NCBI GenBank assembly: GCA_043824255.1
Contig: JBDRTG010000043.1
Location: forward strand, 47,644-111,643
Direction: 5' to 3'
DNA length: 64,000 nucleotides
From: a bacterium
GTDB taxonomy: Bacteria; JAHJDO01
Position 1 is the stretch's first letter. Every line of letters starts with the position of its first letter. Positions 1-9,500 of the stretch are shown here, piece by piece. The notes beneath the pieces were generated by a model that worked only from the letters and a program-made list of their open reading frames with translations, was not told the DNA's origin and ran no database searches. The position numbers and the translations under genes are program-made.

Positions 1-4
1 AGCT

Positions 5-397
5 ATGTTCTTCTACCTGCTTCTGCTCTTTACGCTACTTCCAATGACAGAGCTGGTTTTGCTAATAAAAATCGGCCGTCACATTGGCCTCTTAAATGCA
101 ATTTTAATTGTTATTGCAACAGGTATTTCCGGCGCTTCACTTGCAAGATGGCAGGGATTGACAGTAATTAGAGAGGTTCAAAACCAGCTTTCTGTTGGTA
201 TTATGCCAAAGGAAGAAATTCTGGATGGAATAATGATACTAGCAGGAGGACTTCTCTTGCTCACCCCTGGCTTAATCACAGACTTTATTGGATTAGTAGC
301 CATAATCCCTATTACAAGAAAATGGATAAAGTATTTAGTGAAGAAAAAACTTGAACGGATGATAGATGAAGGAAGGTTTCAAATAAACAGGTTTTGA
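5..397 (+). CDS. fxsA: FxsA family membrane protein
   Basis: 130 aa, hydrophobic; FxsA-like motifs 'ELVLLIKIG', 'GASLARWQG', 'LAGGLLLLTPGLITDFIG'. Confidence 0.9.
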   Translation: MFFYLLLLFTLLPMTELVLLIKIGRHIGLLNAILIVIATGISGASLARWQGLTVIREVQNQLSVGIMPKEEILDGIMILAGGLLLLTPGLITDFIGLVAIIPITRKWIKYLVKKKLERMIDEGRFQINRF

Positions 398-401
398 TTA
401 T

Positions 402-1556
402 ATGAAAATAGCTTACCTCTGTGAAGATAGCCAAATTCCAATAATGGGAGTAAAGGGCGCTTCTATTCATATACGCGAAGTTATTAATGCTTTAATTAAA
501 TTGAATCACGAGGTATTTGTAATCACAACAAATAAGGGCGCAAAAAACCATGAAAATGGTCAATATACGATCCACGAAGTATCGCCATTTACATCAAAGA
601 AATTGGGCTCTGATTTAAGAATGACATTTACAAGCGGCAAGCTCTACAAAAAAGCCAGTATCCTATTTAACAATGCAAAGCCTGATTTAATCTATGAACG
701 ATATGAGCTTTATGGAAGCGCAGGGATGAAGTTAGCTCAAAAATTCAACATACCTTTTATATTAGAGGTTAATGCAGCACTTTTGTGGGGTCCTAAGCGG
801 AGATTAAATTTTAGACCTTTAGCCAGATATGTGGAAAATAATATATTCAGAAGTGCTGGAGCAATAATTATAACGACAGATAATCTTAGAGACTATGTTA
901 TCAGAAAAGGGGTAGATAAAAACAAGGTTTTTGAAGTCCCTGATGGTGTAGATTCCGAAAAATTCAATCCGGAGATATCCGGAATTCCAATTAGAAAAAA
1001 ATACAAACTTGAAAAAAAACAAATTGTTGGATTTGTTGGAAGTCTCAGTAAAAGACAGGGCCTCTCTCTACTTCTTGATGCAGCAGAAAAATGCAAACAG
1101 CAAATACCGGATATTCACTTCCTTATAGTTGGAGAGGGATTTGAAGAACATAAATTAAAAAAATTTGTTAAAAATAACAAATTAGAGAATATTGTTACTT
1201 TTACTGGCGCTGTTTCACATAATGATATACCCACACATATTGCAGCAATGGATATAACAGTTCTTCCCAATATGAGCATTTACAGCTCTCCCGTTAAAAT
1301 TTTTGAATATATGGCAATGGGTAAAGCGACTATTGCTCCGGCACAAGGCCAAATGAATAGATTCTTTGAAAATGAAAAAGAAATATTATTAATTAAACCC
1401 GGGGATAAAGGACAGCTTGCAAACAACATTATAAAACTCTTTAGCGACCCTGCGCTCAGGAAAGGATTGGGCTATAACGCAAGGTATAAGGTATCAAATT
1501 CTTATACATGGAAACACAATGCAAAGCGTATTCTAGATATTTATGAGATAATTTAA
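402..1556 (+). CDS. Glycosyltransferase family 4 (GT-B)
   Basis: 'GASIHI', 'DLIYERY', 'VGFVGSL', 'FLIVGEG', 'SPVKIFEYMAMGKATI' (GT4 E-x7 region). Confidence 0.9.
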   Translation: MKIAYLCEDSQIPIMGVKGASIHIREVINALIKLNHEVFVITTNKGAKNHENGQYTIHEVSPFTSKKLGSDLRMTFTSGKLYKKASILFNNAKPDLIYERYELYGSAGMKLAQKFNIPFILEVNAALLWGPKRRLNFRPLARYVENNIFRSAGAIIITTDNLRDYVIRKGVDKNKVFEVPDGVDSEKFNPEISGIPIRKKYKLEKKQIVGFVGSLSKRQGLSLLLDAAEKCKQQIPDIHFLIVGEGFEEHKLKKFVKNNKLENIVTFTGAVSHNDIPTHIAAMDITVLPNMSIYSSPVKIFEYMAMGKATIAPAQGQMNRFFENEKEILLIKPGDKGQLANNIIKLFSDPALRKGLGYNARYKVSNSYTWKHNAKRILDIYEII

Positions 1557-1572
1557 AAAAGAGGAGAAAATT

Positions 1573-2397
1573 ATGAAAATTTATATAATGACTGATTTGG
1601 AAGGAGTTGCTGGGATTCTTAATTTTGAGGAGTGGTGTAGTCCTGAATCTAGATATTATGAGCTTGCAAAGGAATTTTTAACGATGGAAGTAAATGCAGC
1701 TGTTAGTGGATTTCTTGAAGATGGAAACAAGGAAATAGTGGTAGCAGACGGACACGGACCCGGAGCAATTAATCCGAAGCTTCTGGATTCACGGGTTATG
1801 CTTATGAGAGGCTGGCCAACTGGATTCCCATATGGATTAGATAAGTCATATGATTGGGTTGCATGGGTTGGACAACATGCAAAAGCAGGAACCGAATATG
1901 CGCATCTACCACATACAAGTAGTTTTCGACGTCTTGATTTATCAGTAAACGGTATATCTATTGGAGAATTCGGTTACTTTGCCATATGTGCCAGCGAGCT
2001 TGGAGTGAGATCTATATTTGCTTCAGGAGATGAGGCTTTTACAAAAGAGGCAGAAAAACTTGTTCCAGGAATTGAGACAGTAAGTGTTAAAAAGGGAACA
2101 ACACCAGGCAAAGGCGATGATCTGCCTACAGAAGCATACGGGAAACGTAATCTAGGAGCAATTCATTTTCATCCTGATAAGGCATGCAAGCTCATTAAAA
2201 AGGGGGCGTTAAAAGCCATAAAACGCGCGCAGACTGAAGAATTCGGATTGATAAAATTAAAATCTCCGTTTAAACGCACATCAACATTTCGCTCGAACCA
2301 AAATAAGCCAAAAACTATTTCGGTTGAGACTCATCCATCAAGCGTTATTGATTTAATGAATATGCCATACAATGCAAAGCCAGTGATAGATGGATAG
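1573..2397 (+). CDS. dppA: M55 family D-aminopeptidase (DppA-like)
   Basis: 'MKIYIMTDLEGVAG', 'VVADGHG', 'VGQHAKAG', 'HT', 'IGEFG', 'SGD' metal-binding motifs of M55. Confidence 0.85.
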   Translation: MKIYIMTDLEGVAGILNFEEWCSPESRYYELAKEFLTMEVNAAVSGFLEDGNKEIVVADGHGPGAINPKLLDSRVMLMRGWPTGFPYGLDKSYDWVAWVGQHAKAGTEYAHLPHTSSFRRLDLSVNGISIGEFGYFAICASELGVRSIFASGDEAFTKEAEKLVPGIETVSVKKGTTPGKGDDLPTEAYGKRNLGAIHFHPDKACKLIKKGALKAIKRAQTEEFGLIKLKSPFKRTSTFRSNQNKPKTISVETHPSSVIDLMNMPYNAKPVIDG

Positions 2398-2406
2398 TAA
2401 TTGATG

Positions 2407-4542
2407 CTATTCATTCCTCAAATTCGCATATTTAACTAATAAGGTTTTTCTAATATTTCCCTTCCAGAAATGAACTGTAAGCTTTGTCCTATCTCCCTGC
2501 CCGGTTTTACTAACAACTGTTCCTCGTCCCCATTTTGTATGCATAATTCTCTGTCCAACCTTGTATGCGCAAGTATCGTCTTCTAAGCTTTCATATCTTA
2601 AACTATTATCTATGGAATTATTTAACGCAGTTCTTTTATATGTTTTAACCAATAAATTGTCGGGAATTTCGTCTATAAATCTTGATGTTACGGTATTTCT
2701 CCATATACCGTGAATTCTTCTTCTTAGAGCTGATGAAAGATGCAGCTTTTCTTTCGCTCTTGTCATACCTACATAGCAAAGACGCCTTTCTTCTTCAAGA
2801 TCACTAGTCTCAAGTGAAGAATTTATATGCGGGAAAATATCCTCTTCCATTCCTGCCATAAAACAAACCGGGAATTCTAATCCCTTAGCGCCATGGACAG
2901 TCATTAATGTAATTGCATTACTTTCGGAATCCCAGTTATCAATATTAGATAGAAGCGCAACCTGATCTAAAAAATCTTTAAGTCTCGGATTCTGTGTGTT
3001 TTCCTCATATTCTGCAATTGCAGAAACAACCCCAAACACATTCTCCTCTCTTTCATGCGCAGTGACTGGGTCTATACCATGGAGATAGTCTGTATAATTT
3101 ATCTCTGCTATTAGATCTCTCGCCATTTTAGTAATGCTTCCTTTAAAACTCTGATATTTTTTAATAATATTCACAAACGTTTTTATCTTATTTCTTGTCC
3201 GCAAAGTTATATCAGAAACGTTATCAATCCTATCCAAAAGACTGAATATAGATAATTTCATTTCACTTGCATGCTTCGTCAACTTTTTTAACGTTGTGTC
3301 TCCAATGCCTCTTGGAGGTAGATTGATAATTCTTTTTATGCTAATCAAGTCATCTTGGTTTGATATTACTCTCAAATAACCAAGTATATCCTTAACTTCC
3401 GCTCTATCATAAAATCTTACTCCGCCAATTATTTTATATGGTATGCTTTCGCGTCTGAAACTATCTTCAAGCAGTCTTGATAATGCATGTACACGATAGA
3501 ATATTGCAATATCCTTATAGGTTTTATTATTCATAAGCAAATTTTTTATCTGCTCTGAGATAAACTTTGCTTCTTCAATTTCGTCATATGCCTGGTAATA
3601 TATTGGATTAGCTCCTTTAAGATTACGAGTCCACAAATTTTTTTCTTTTCTATTTGTGTTATTTTTAATCACACTATTTGCCGCAGATAAAATTGCCTGT
3701 GTTGAACGATAATTCTCCTCAAGCTTTATTATCTTAGCTCCTGCAAAATCCCTTTCAAAATTCATGATATTAGAAATATCTGCTCCACGCCATTTATATA
3801 TTGATTGATCAGGATCCCCTACAACAGATATGCTTTCGCATCCAGCAGAAAGAAGCCGGATTAGTTCATATTGGGCATGGTTTGTGTCCTGATATTCATC
3901 AACAAAAATATGCCGGAATTTATCATGATATTTATCTAAAATATCAGGGAAGTCATTAAATATTCTAACTGTATCCATTATAAGATCCCCGAAATCAAGA
4001 GCTTTTATTTCTCTAAGACTAGTTTGGTATTCTTTATAGATATCAGCAACTTTTCTATCGTAAAAATTCCCGCAAAATTCGCTATATTCATCAACATCAA
4101 GGAGATTATCCTTGGCTCTGCTTATCTTTTCCAGAACGACTTTAGCCCGAAATTGTTTATCGCTTAGATTCAATTTCTTAATACATTCCTTTATGAGTTT
4201 AGTTTGGTCTGTTTCATCATATATTATGAAATCCGGCACTGTCTTTTCACTCTTCAGAATTCTAAGACAGACAGAGTGAAATGTACCTATCCACAATCCC
4301 CTTTCAAAGGATTCGGATACAAGAGAGCTGATGCGTTTACGCATTTCCTCTGCAGCCTTATTTGTAAATGTTACTGCTATCATAGCGTTAGAGCGTACTC
4401 CTTCCTTAATAAAGTATGCAATCCTATGGGTCAGTACGCGTGTCTTGCCGCTGCCGGCCCCAGCCAGTATAAGAAGCGGAGCTTTATGATATACAACAGC
4501 TTCTTTTTGAGCAGGATTTAAGGAACGCAAGATTGTATCCAT
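2407..4542 (-). CDS. pcrA: ATP-dependent DNA helicase PcrA/UvrD (SF1)
   Basis: Walker A 'LAGAGSGKTRVL', 'VDEYQDTN', 'VGDPDQSIY', 'LEENYRS', 'TVHGAKGLEF', C-terminal Tudor-like domain. Start moved to ATG 4542 (MDTILRSLNPAQ). Confidence 0.95.
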   Translation of the reverse strand: MDTILRSLNPAQKEAVVYHKAPLLILAGAGSGKTRVLTHRIAYFIKEGVRSNAMIAVTFTNKAAEEMRKRISSLVSESFERGLWIGTFHSVCLRILKSEKTVPDFIIYDETDQTKLIKECIKKLNLSDKQFRAKVVLEKISRAKDNLLDVDEYSEFCGNFYDRKVADIYKEYQTSLREIKALDFGDLIMDTVRIFNDFPDILDKYHDKFRHIFVDEYQDTNHAQYELIRLLSAGCESISVVGDPDQSIYKWRGADISNIMNFERDFAGAKIIKLEENYRSTQAILSAANSVIKNNTNRKEKNLWTRNLKGANPIYYQAYDEIEEAKFISEQIKNLLMNNKTYKDIAIFYRVHALSRLLEDSFRRESIPYKIIGGVRFYDRAEVKDILGYLRVISNQDDLISIKRIINLPPRGIGDTTLKKLTKHASEMKLSIFSLLDRIDNVSDITLRTRNKIKTFVNIIKKYQSFKGSITKMARDLIAEINYTDYLHGIDPVTAHEREENVFGVVSAIAEYEENTQNPRLKDFLDQVALLSNIDNWDSESNAITLMTVHGAKGLEFPVCFMAGMEEDIFPHINSSLETSDLEEERRLCYVGMTRAKEKLHLSSALRRRIHGIWRNTVTSRFIDEIPDNLLVKTYKRTALNNSIDNSLRYESLEDDTCAYKVGQRIMHTKWGRGTVVSKTGQGDRTKLTVHFWKGNIRKTLLVKYANLRNE

Positions 4543-4608
4543 ATGCCTGATTCTACCAATGCTGCAAAGAATTTGCAAAAACAATTACTTGTGTGTTATG
4601 TTGATTTT

Positions 4609-5001
4609 ATGATTTTTGAATTATCTGTTAAGAGTCATAAGAGAGCGGAATTTATCAATATTACTTCAGATATCGAAAACAAAGTTAAAGAATCTGGAAT
4701 AAGCAGCGGGCTCTGTCATATATTTATCCCTCACACTACAGCTGGTGTTACTATAAACGAAGGAGCTGATCCGGATGTTTTAAGGGATCTAGAATATGGT
4801 CTGGATAGATGTGTTCCTTATGATGGCAAGTATCGCCATATGGAGGGCAACTCCCCAGCTCATATAAAATCAAGTATAGTAGGCTGCAACAAAACAGTTT
4901 TTATAGATAATGGGCGCCTTGTGCTTGGAACATGGCAGTCTGTTTATTTCTGCGAATTTGACGGGCCAAGAACAAGGAGAGTACTGGTTAAAATAAAATG
5001 A
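4609..5001 (+). CDS. yjbQ: YjbQ / UPF0047 family protein
   Basis: 'PHTTAGVTINE', 'YRHMEGNSPAHIKS', 'LGTWQSVYFCEFDGPR'. Start set at ATG 4609 to avoid crowding the divergent pcrA start. Confidence 0.9.
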   Translation: MIFELSVKSHKRAEFINITSDIENKVKESGISSGLCHIFIPHTTAGVTINEGADPDVLRDLEYGLDRCVPYDGKYRHMEGNSPAHIKSSIVGCNKTVFIDNGRLVLGTWQSVYFCEFDGPRTRRVLVKIK

Positions 5002-5579
5002 CAAATTTAAGATTTCGGATTTTTCTTTTTTGTCTGTGCTTTTTATTGTCTGGCGTATTTATCTCCGGATGTTCCACACGAAGGGGTCTTATCAGAAATT
5101 CATATAAGCCGGATGCAAAACTTTATATAAACCCATGTGTTAAGCTCAGAAATTATGAGATAGCATATATACAGACGCCAGAAAAAAACGGCGAAAATCT
5201 AACAGCGGACGACAGAATAATGCGGAACTATATAAAGGGGGAGATTGGTATGGCTTTTGAAAGAGCTGGTTTTTTCAAATCCGTTACATACGATAAAAAG
5301 ATGCTAAACAAACCCAATGCGCTAAAAATTACATCCAATTTCACAGTTGATTATGGAAATCAGTTATGGAGATCTCATCTTGGATTTCTGGGTTTTGGTA
5401 AGACAAAAATTTTGCTGGAGATAAAATTAAAGGATGCAAAAACCAATACTATTCTCTCAAAATATAAAGACTCTCTAATAGGAACAGGTTGGCAATCTAT
5501 AGCAGGCGGAGACCCAAAGTTCCTTATAAAAAAAGGCATAAGAAAAATAGTCAGATCTTATGTTGATCTATTACAATAA
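4998..5579 (+). CDS. Putative lipoprotein (DUF4410-like)
   Basis: Lipobox 'FISGC' after a hydrophobic N-terminus; 'DYGNQLWR...GFGKTKI..EIKLKD' pattern. Confidence 0.55.
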   Translation: MTNLRFRIFLFCLCFLLSGVFISGCSTRRGLIRNSYKPDAKLYINPCVKLRNYEIAYIQTPEKNGENLTADDRIMRNYIKGEIGMAFERAGFFKSVTYDKKMLNKPNALKITSNFTVDYGNQLWRSHLGFLGFGKTKILLEIKLKDAKTNTILSKYKDSLIGTGWQSIAGGDPKFLIKKGIRKIVRSYVDLLQ

Positions 5580-6399
5580 AATTCCTCTGCCTGCGGTACT
5601 GAAGGGGACTAACACCTGTGATCTTTCTGAAAATCCTGCAAAAGTAATTTGCTGAGTTGAAACCGGTTTCGCCTGCAATACCCTTTACGGTTGATGTGGT
5701 TGTTCTCAATAAGTAAGAGGCCTCCTGTACTCTGTTCTTCTGGAGCAGATCAAAAGGAGAAATACCGTAGTATTTTTTAAAAAGACGGCTGAAATGCTCT
5801 CTTGAATAATCAAAACGTGCTGCTATCTGTTCCACTCCGATTGGTTCCATATAATGCTCTGCCATAAAGACTGCAGCATTATTAATAGCCATTTTCTGGC
5901 TTTTCTGAACAGACGGATAGTTTAAAAACCTCAATATTGACATCATGAGCCGATAGATGAGTTCTGAGGAAGTATATCTGTTAAATATGCGATGTTTTTT
6001 ATATCTTTCCTGTAGATTGCAAAGGATGCTTATTGGTTCACTATCTTTAGGAAAATGAACTACAGAACCAAATTTTTTCCTGATGGAATTCCATATCTTG
6101 TCTGCGTATTCTCCAGTAAATGCGATCCATATAAATTCCCATGGAATTTTTCCTCCTGGGAACCGATACCGATGATCGCTTGGAACAGACAGCAGCATTG
6201 CATGTTCTGCAGGCACCGGGAAGGAACCTTTGGGATCTTCATAAAGCCCTTCTCCTGAAACTGTATATTGCATGATACAGAGAAGGTTGTCACTTCTCTT
6301 TAATCCATGCCAGTCATAGTTGGTAGTTGATTGAATCTCATGTCCTGCGCAAAGAAGACGACATAGTAATTGGTTATCTGTTAATATATCTTTTTTCAT
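5551..6399 (-). CDS. AraC family transcriptional regulator
   Basis: N-terminal cupin-like domain ('QYTVSGEG', 'PWEFIWIAF'); C-terminal double HTH 'SREHFSRLFKKYYGISP...GFNSANYFCRIFRKITGVSPLQYR'. Confidence 0.95.
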   Translation of the reverse strand: MKKDILTDNQLLCRLLCAGHEIQSTTNYDWHGLKRSDNLLCIMQYTVSGEGLYEDPKGSFPVPAEHAMLLSVPSDHRYRFPGGKIPWEFIWIAFTGEYADKIWNSIRKKFGSVVHFPKDSEPISILCNLQERYKKHRIFNRYTSSELIYRLMMSILRFLNYPSVQKSQKMAINNAAVFMAEHYMEPIGVEQIAARFDYSREHFSRLFKKYYGISPFDLLQKNRVQEASYLLRTTTSTVKGIAGETGFNSANYFCRIFRKITGVSPLQYRRQRNFIVIDQHKI

Positions 6400-6427
6400 A
6401 TCACAAAAATACCATTATTTATCACAA
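6399..6427 (+). promoter_or_regulatory. Candidate AraC-family operator: direct repeat TATCACAA x2, 21 bp apart
   Basis: tatcacaa at 6399-6406 and 6420-6427, directly upstream of a -35 at 6436 and next to the divergent araC-family gene. Two-turn spacing is typical of AraC/XylS half-sites. Confidence 0.5.
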
Positions 6428-6435
6428 TCTTAATA

Positions 6436-6464
6436 TTTACAGTCATCTAATTTTATAATATTAT
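6436..6464 (+). promoter_or_regulatory. Sigma70-type promoter of the PKD gene
   Basis: TTTACA-17 nt-TATTAT; 25/29 identical to the promoter at 17514-17542. Confidence 0.6.
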
Positions 6465-6548
6465 GAAACTAAATAATAGCATAATAATGCTATTAGGAGA
6501 AGAAACTCATGTGGGTTGCCAAAAAAACAATAAAAATGGAGGTGTGAT

Positions 6549-9500
6549 ATGAGAAGAGGAATGTATATGAGAGTAGTTATTCTGTTTTGTTTAGGTTTGT
6601 TATTATTATCCGGCTTCGGGTTAAGTCAGTTGCAGGCTGAAGATAATGCCATTATGTGTTTTGAGACAGGCTGGAGTGATTTCGGCAACTCCAGAGCGCT
6701 TGAACGATTTAAAGAGGCTAAATGTCATTTCAATTATCCTAATATAATACATTGGGGGTGGGTAAGTGGTCAGGATATAGATTATACCCAAAAGGTTGAA
6801 CCAGAACTTCTCTTGAAGGATAATTTTCGCCTTAACTATTTATATCAAAATCATATTCAAATAATTGCAAGGTTGATGGCTGTTTTTGCCAACCCGTTCT
6901 CCTTTCAAATCAGTCCATCTATGAGGACGGCAAATCTTACCTTTGACCAATGGCGGGAACTATGGCTGGAGAATTATGCAAAACCTCTCGTACAATCATG
7001 TTACGAAAATGGTATCTATATTATAGATTTAACTCAGGAAGTTTGTTGGTATGACCATTCCTGGCTGGGGCCAAAGGGCCCCTTCAGGGATGACGATACG
7101 TGGCATCCTTTTACTACTCTAAATAGTGCAATTTATGATCCTAATCTGACAGTAGGCGAATTTAAACCAAAATTTCATGATACCATGCAGAGATTATACA
7201 CATGGAAAAACGCCAATTTTCCAAAAGTAATTTTCGGGTCTTCCATGTCTGTCTTTACAACTGTGGGTGATGCGGCCAAATTGACGACGTATTTAAATGA
7301 TTGCATAGACTGGATGGGGACAGATGTTGCCGGACATATAAATTATCAGCCAGATCCGGCCTATCCGTGTGGCACATGGGAAGATCATTATCTTCATACC
7401 TTTGTCCCTGTTATTGAGGATCCAACCAGCGTCTCGTGGGCAACTGCTATTTTTGAATCCTATGGCTGGAAAAATGGCTCAGAAGATTATTATGGCCCTC
7501 CAGGCACGCCTTATGCAGATAAAAAATGCTATTCTTACGGGTCTTTTCAGGATGCAATGGACACAGTTGTTGCGTACGACGGTGGAAATAACTACTTAAA
7601 ATTGCTAATAAATTCAAGCTGGGTTGCCAAGTTTTCGGAGTGTTATACGCATAATAATCCTTGCACCCCTTTGAGTTATGCTAATGACTTAGGCGCTCTC
7701 CCGCCATGGGACCCTGCCCAACTTCCATTCCCTTATAATTATACTTTGGCTCCTATCTATAACCGCTGGGGAGATACAGCGCCGCATCCTTCAGATGATC
7801 CAATATATAGTTCATTTGCATACATCCGCGATGTAATGCATGCGGATTCCAACACATACTGGGACAACTCTCCAAGCACTCCTTTAGTAGTAAACCGGGA
7901 GGATATTAGAGTTATTCCTGATGAAGGGAAAATATATATTCGTATGCGCAATCTTTGTGCTCCAGACGCTATTTCTTCCAATATTCATGTATATCAGACT
8001 CCTCAAGGGGTGACCCCGTGGGATCGTTCAACGTATATAAAGGCTACTCCTGAAAACGTCAGGAATTCTCTCCAGCAGGCTTATGAGATAGCCTTTATTC
8101 CGGCAGGTTCTTTCAGTGTGCCGGGTAATGGTAATCTGGATACAGAAAATAATGTCGTTGAACTTGAAGTGTCTTCTTCTGTCCCGTTAGAAAATGGCAA
8201 GGATATCCATGTGTATATTGAAGATTCAGATACTGTTAAAGGATGGACAGCATACAATGATATACCTGTATGCAATAATTTCGATATAGATGGGAATGGA
8301 TATTATAAATTTGACTTTTATCCAGCTGGAATCTCTATTGGCAATATCTATCTCCGTGCTCGGGCAAGGGATATATTCGGGGCTTGCTCAAAATATACAG
8401 ATGCATTGGAAGTAGAAAAACAATATAAACTAAATCTAACCTGTAATGCCTCTGATAACGATGGTATCAATGAGATAGAGTATCAGTATTCAGATGATGG
8501 TATAACCTGGTATGATGTTTCAAGGCAAAACTATTATTGTCTGACAGCAAATGATAAAGAGTTTAAGCGAAATTCGCGCTTTGCCCCGGATACTACGGAT
8601 ATGGGGCATTATCCGGTTATAGAGAGCGTTAGTGGAACGCCACTCAAAGGTGTAGTGCCGCTTTCAGTTAATTTTAATGTTGTGGCTTCTGATCCAGTAG
8701 GAACAATTACCTCAATCGAATGGGATTTTAATAGAGATGGGACAATCGATGCTACAGGAGAGTCAGTAAGCTGGACGTTCACACAGGTAGGGGTATATAA
8801 TTCTCTTGTTAAAGTCACGAATAATGAAACTTTCAGCAGTTTTGGAGAGATCGAGGTTGAAGCACTTGATGGCTCTCCTATTGCAGAAATAAGTGCCGAC
8901 CCGGAGAGTGGTAGTGCTCCATTAACTGTTCAATTTCAAGGGAGTGGAATAGACTATGATGGGACAATAGTATCTTATGAATGGGATTTTACAAGTGATG
9001 GAGTAATTGACTCCACACAACAGAATCCAACCTTTATATACACTCAAATTGGGAATTATACAGCTCGTTTGACTGTAACTGATAATTCCAGTCTCATTGG
9101 TTCTGCTACTGTCAGTATAAAAGCTGTAGACCCAGGCGCAGTTGCCTCATGCACTATCATTGCATCCATTACAGAAGGTGATGCGCCATTGAGTGTAGAT
9201 TTTTCTGCTGATATCAGCGGAGGTACTGTGTCTTCTTATGCGTGGGATTTTGATAATAATGGCGTGATTGACTCGACAGAAGCGGCGCCATCCTATGAAT
9301 ATACTTCATCCCGCCTTTATACTGCAAAATTGACTGTAACAGACACGACAAGTCATGAAGTTACAGATTATGAGTATATTGTAGTTAAAGCTGTAGGATT
9401 GCCAGTGGCTGATTTTACGTTTTCTCCTGATGGAGGCGTTGCACCGCTTGAAGTGAGTTTTCAACCTACAGCAAGTGATCCTGGTGGTACTATTGTCAAT

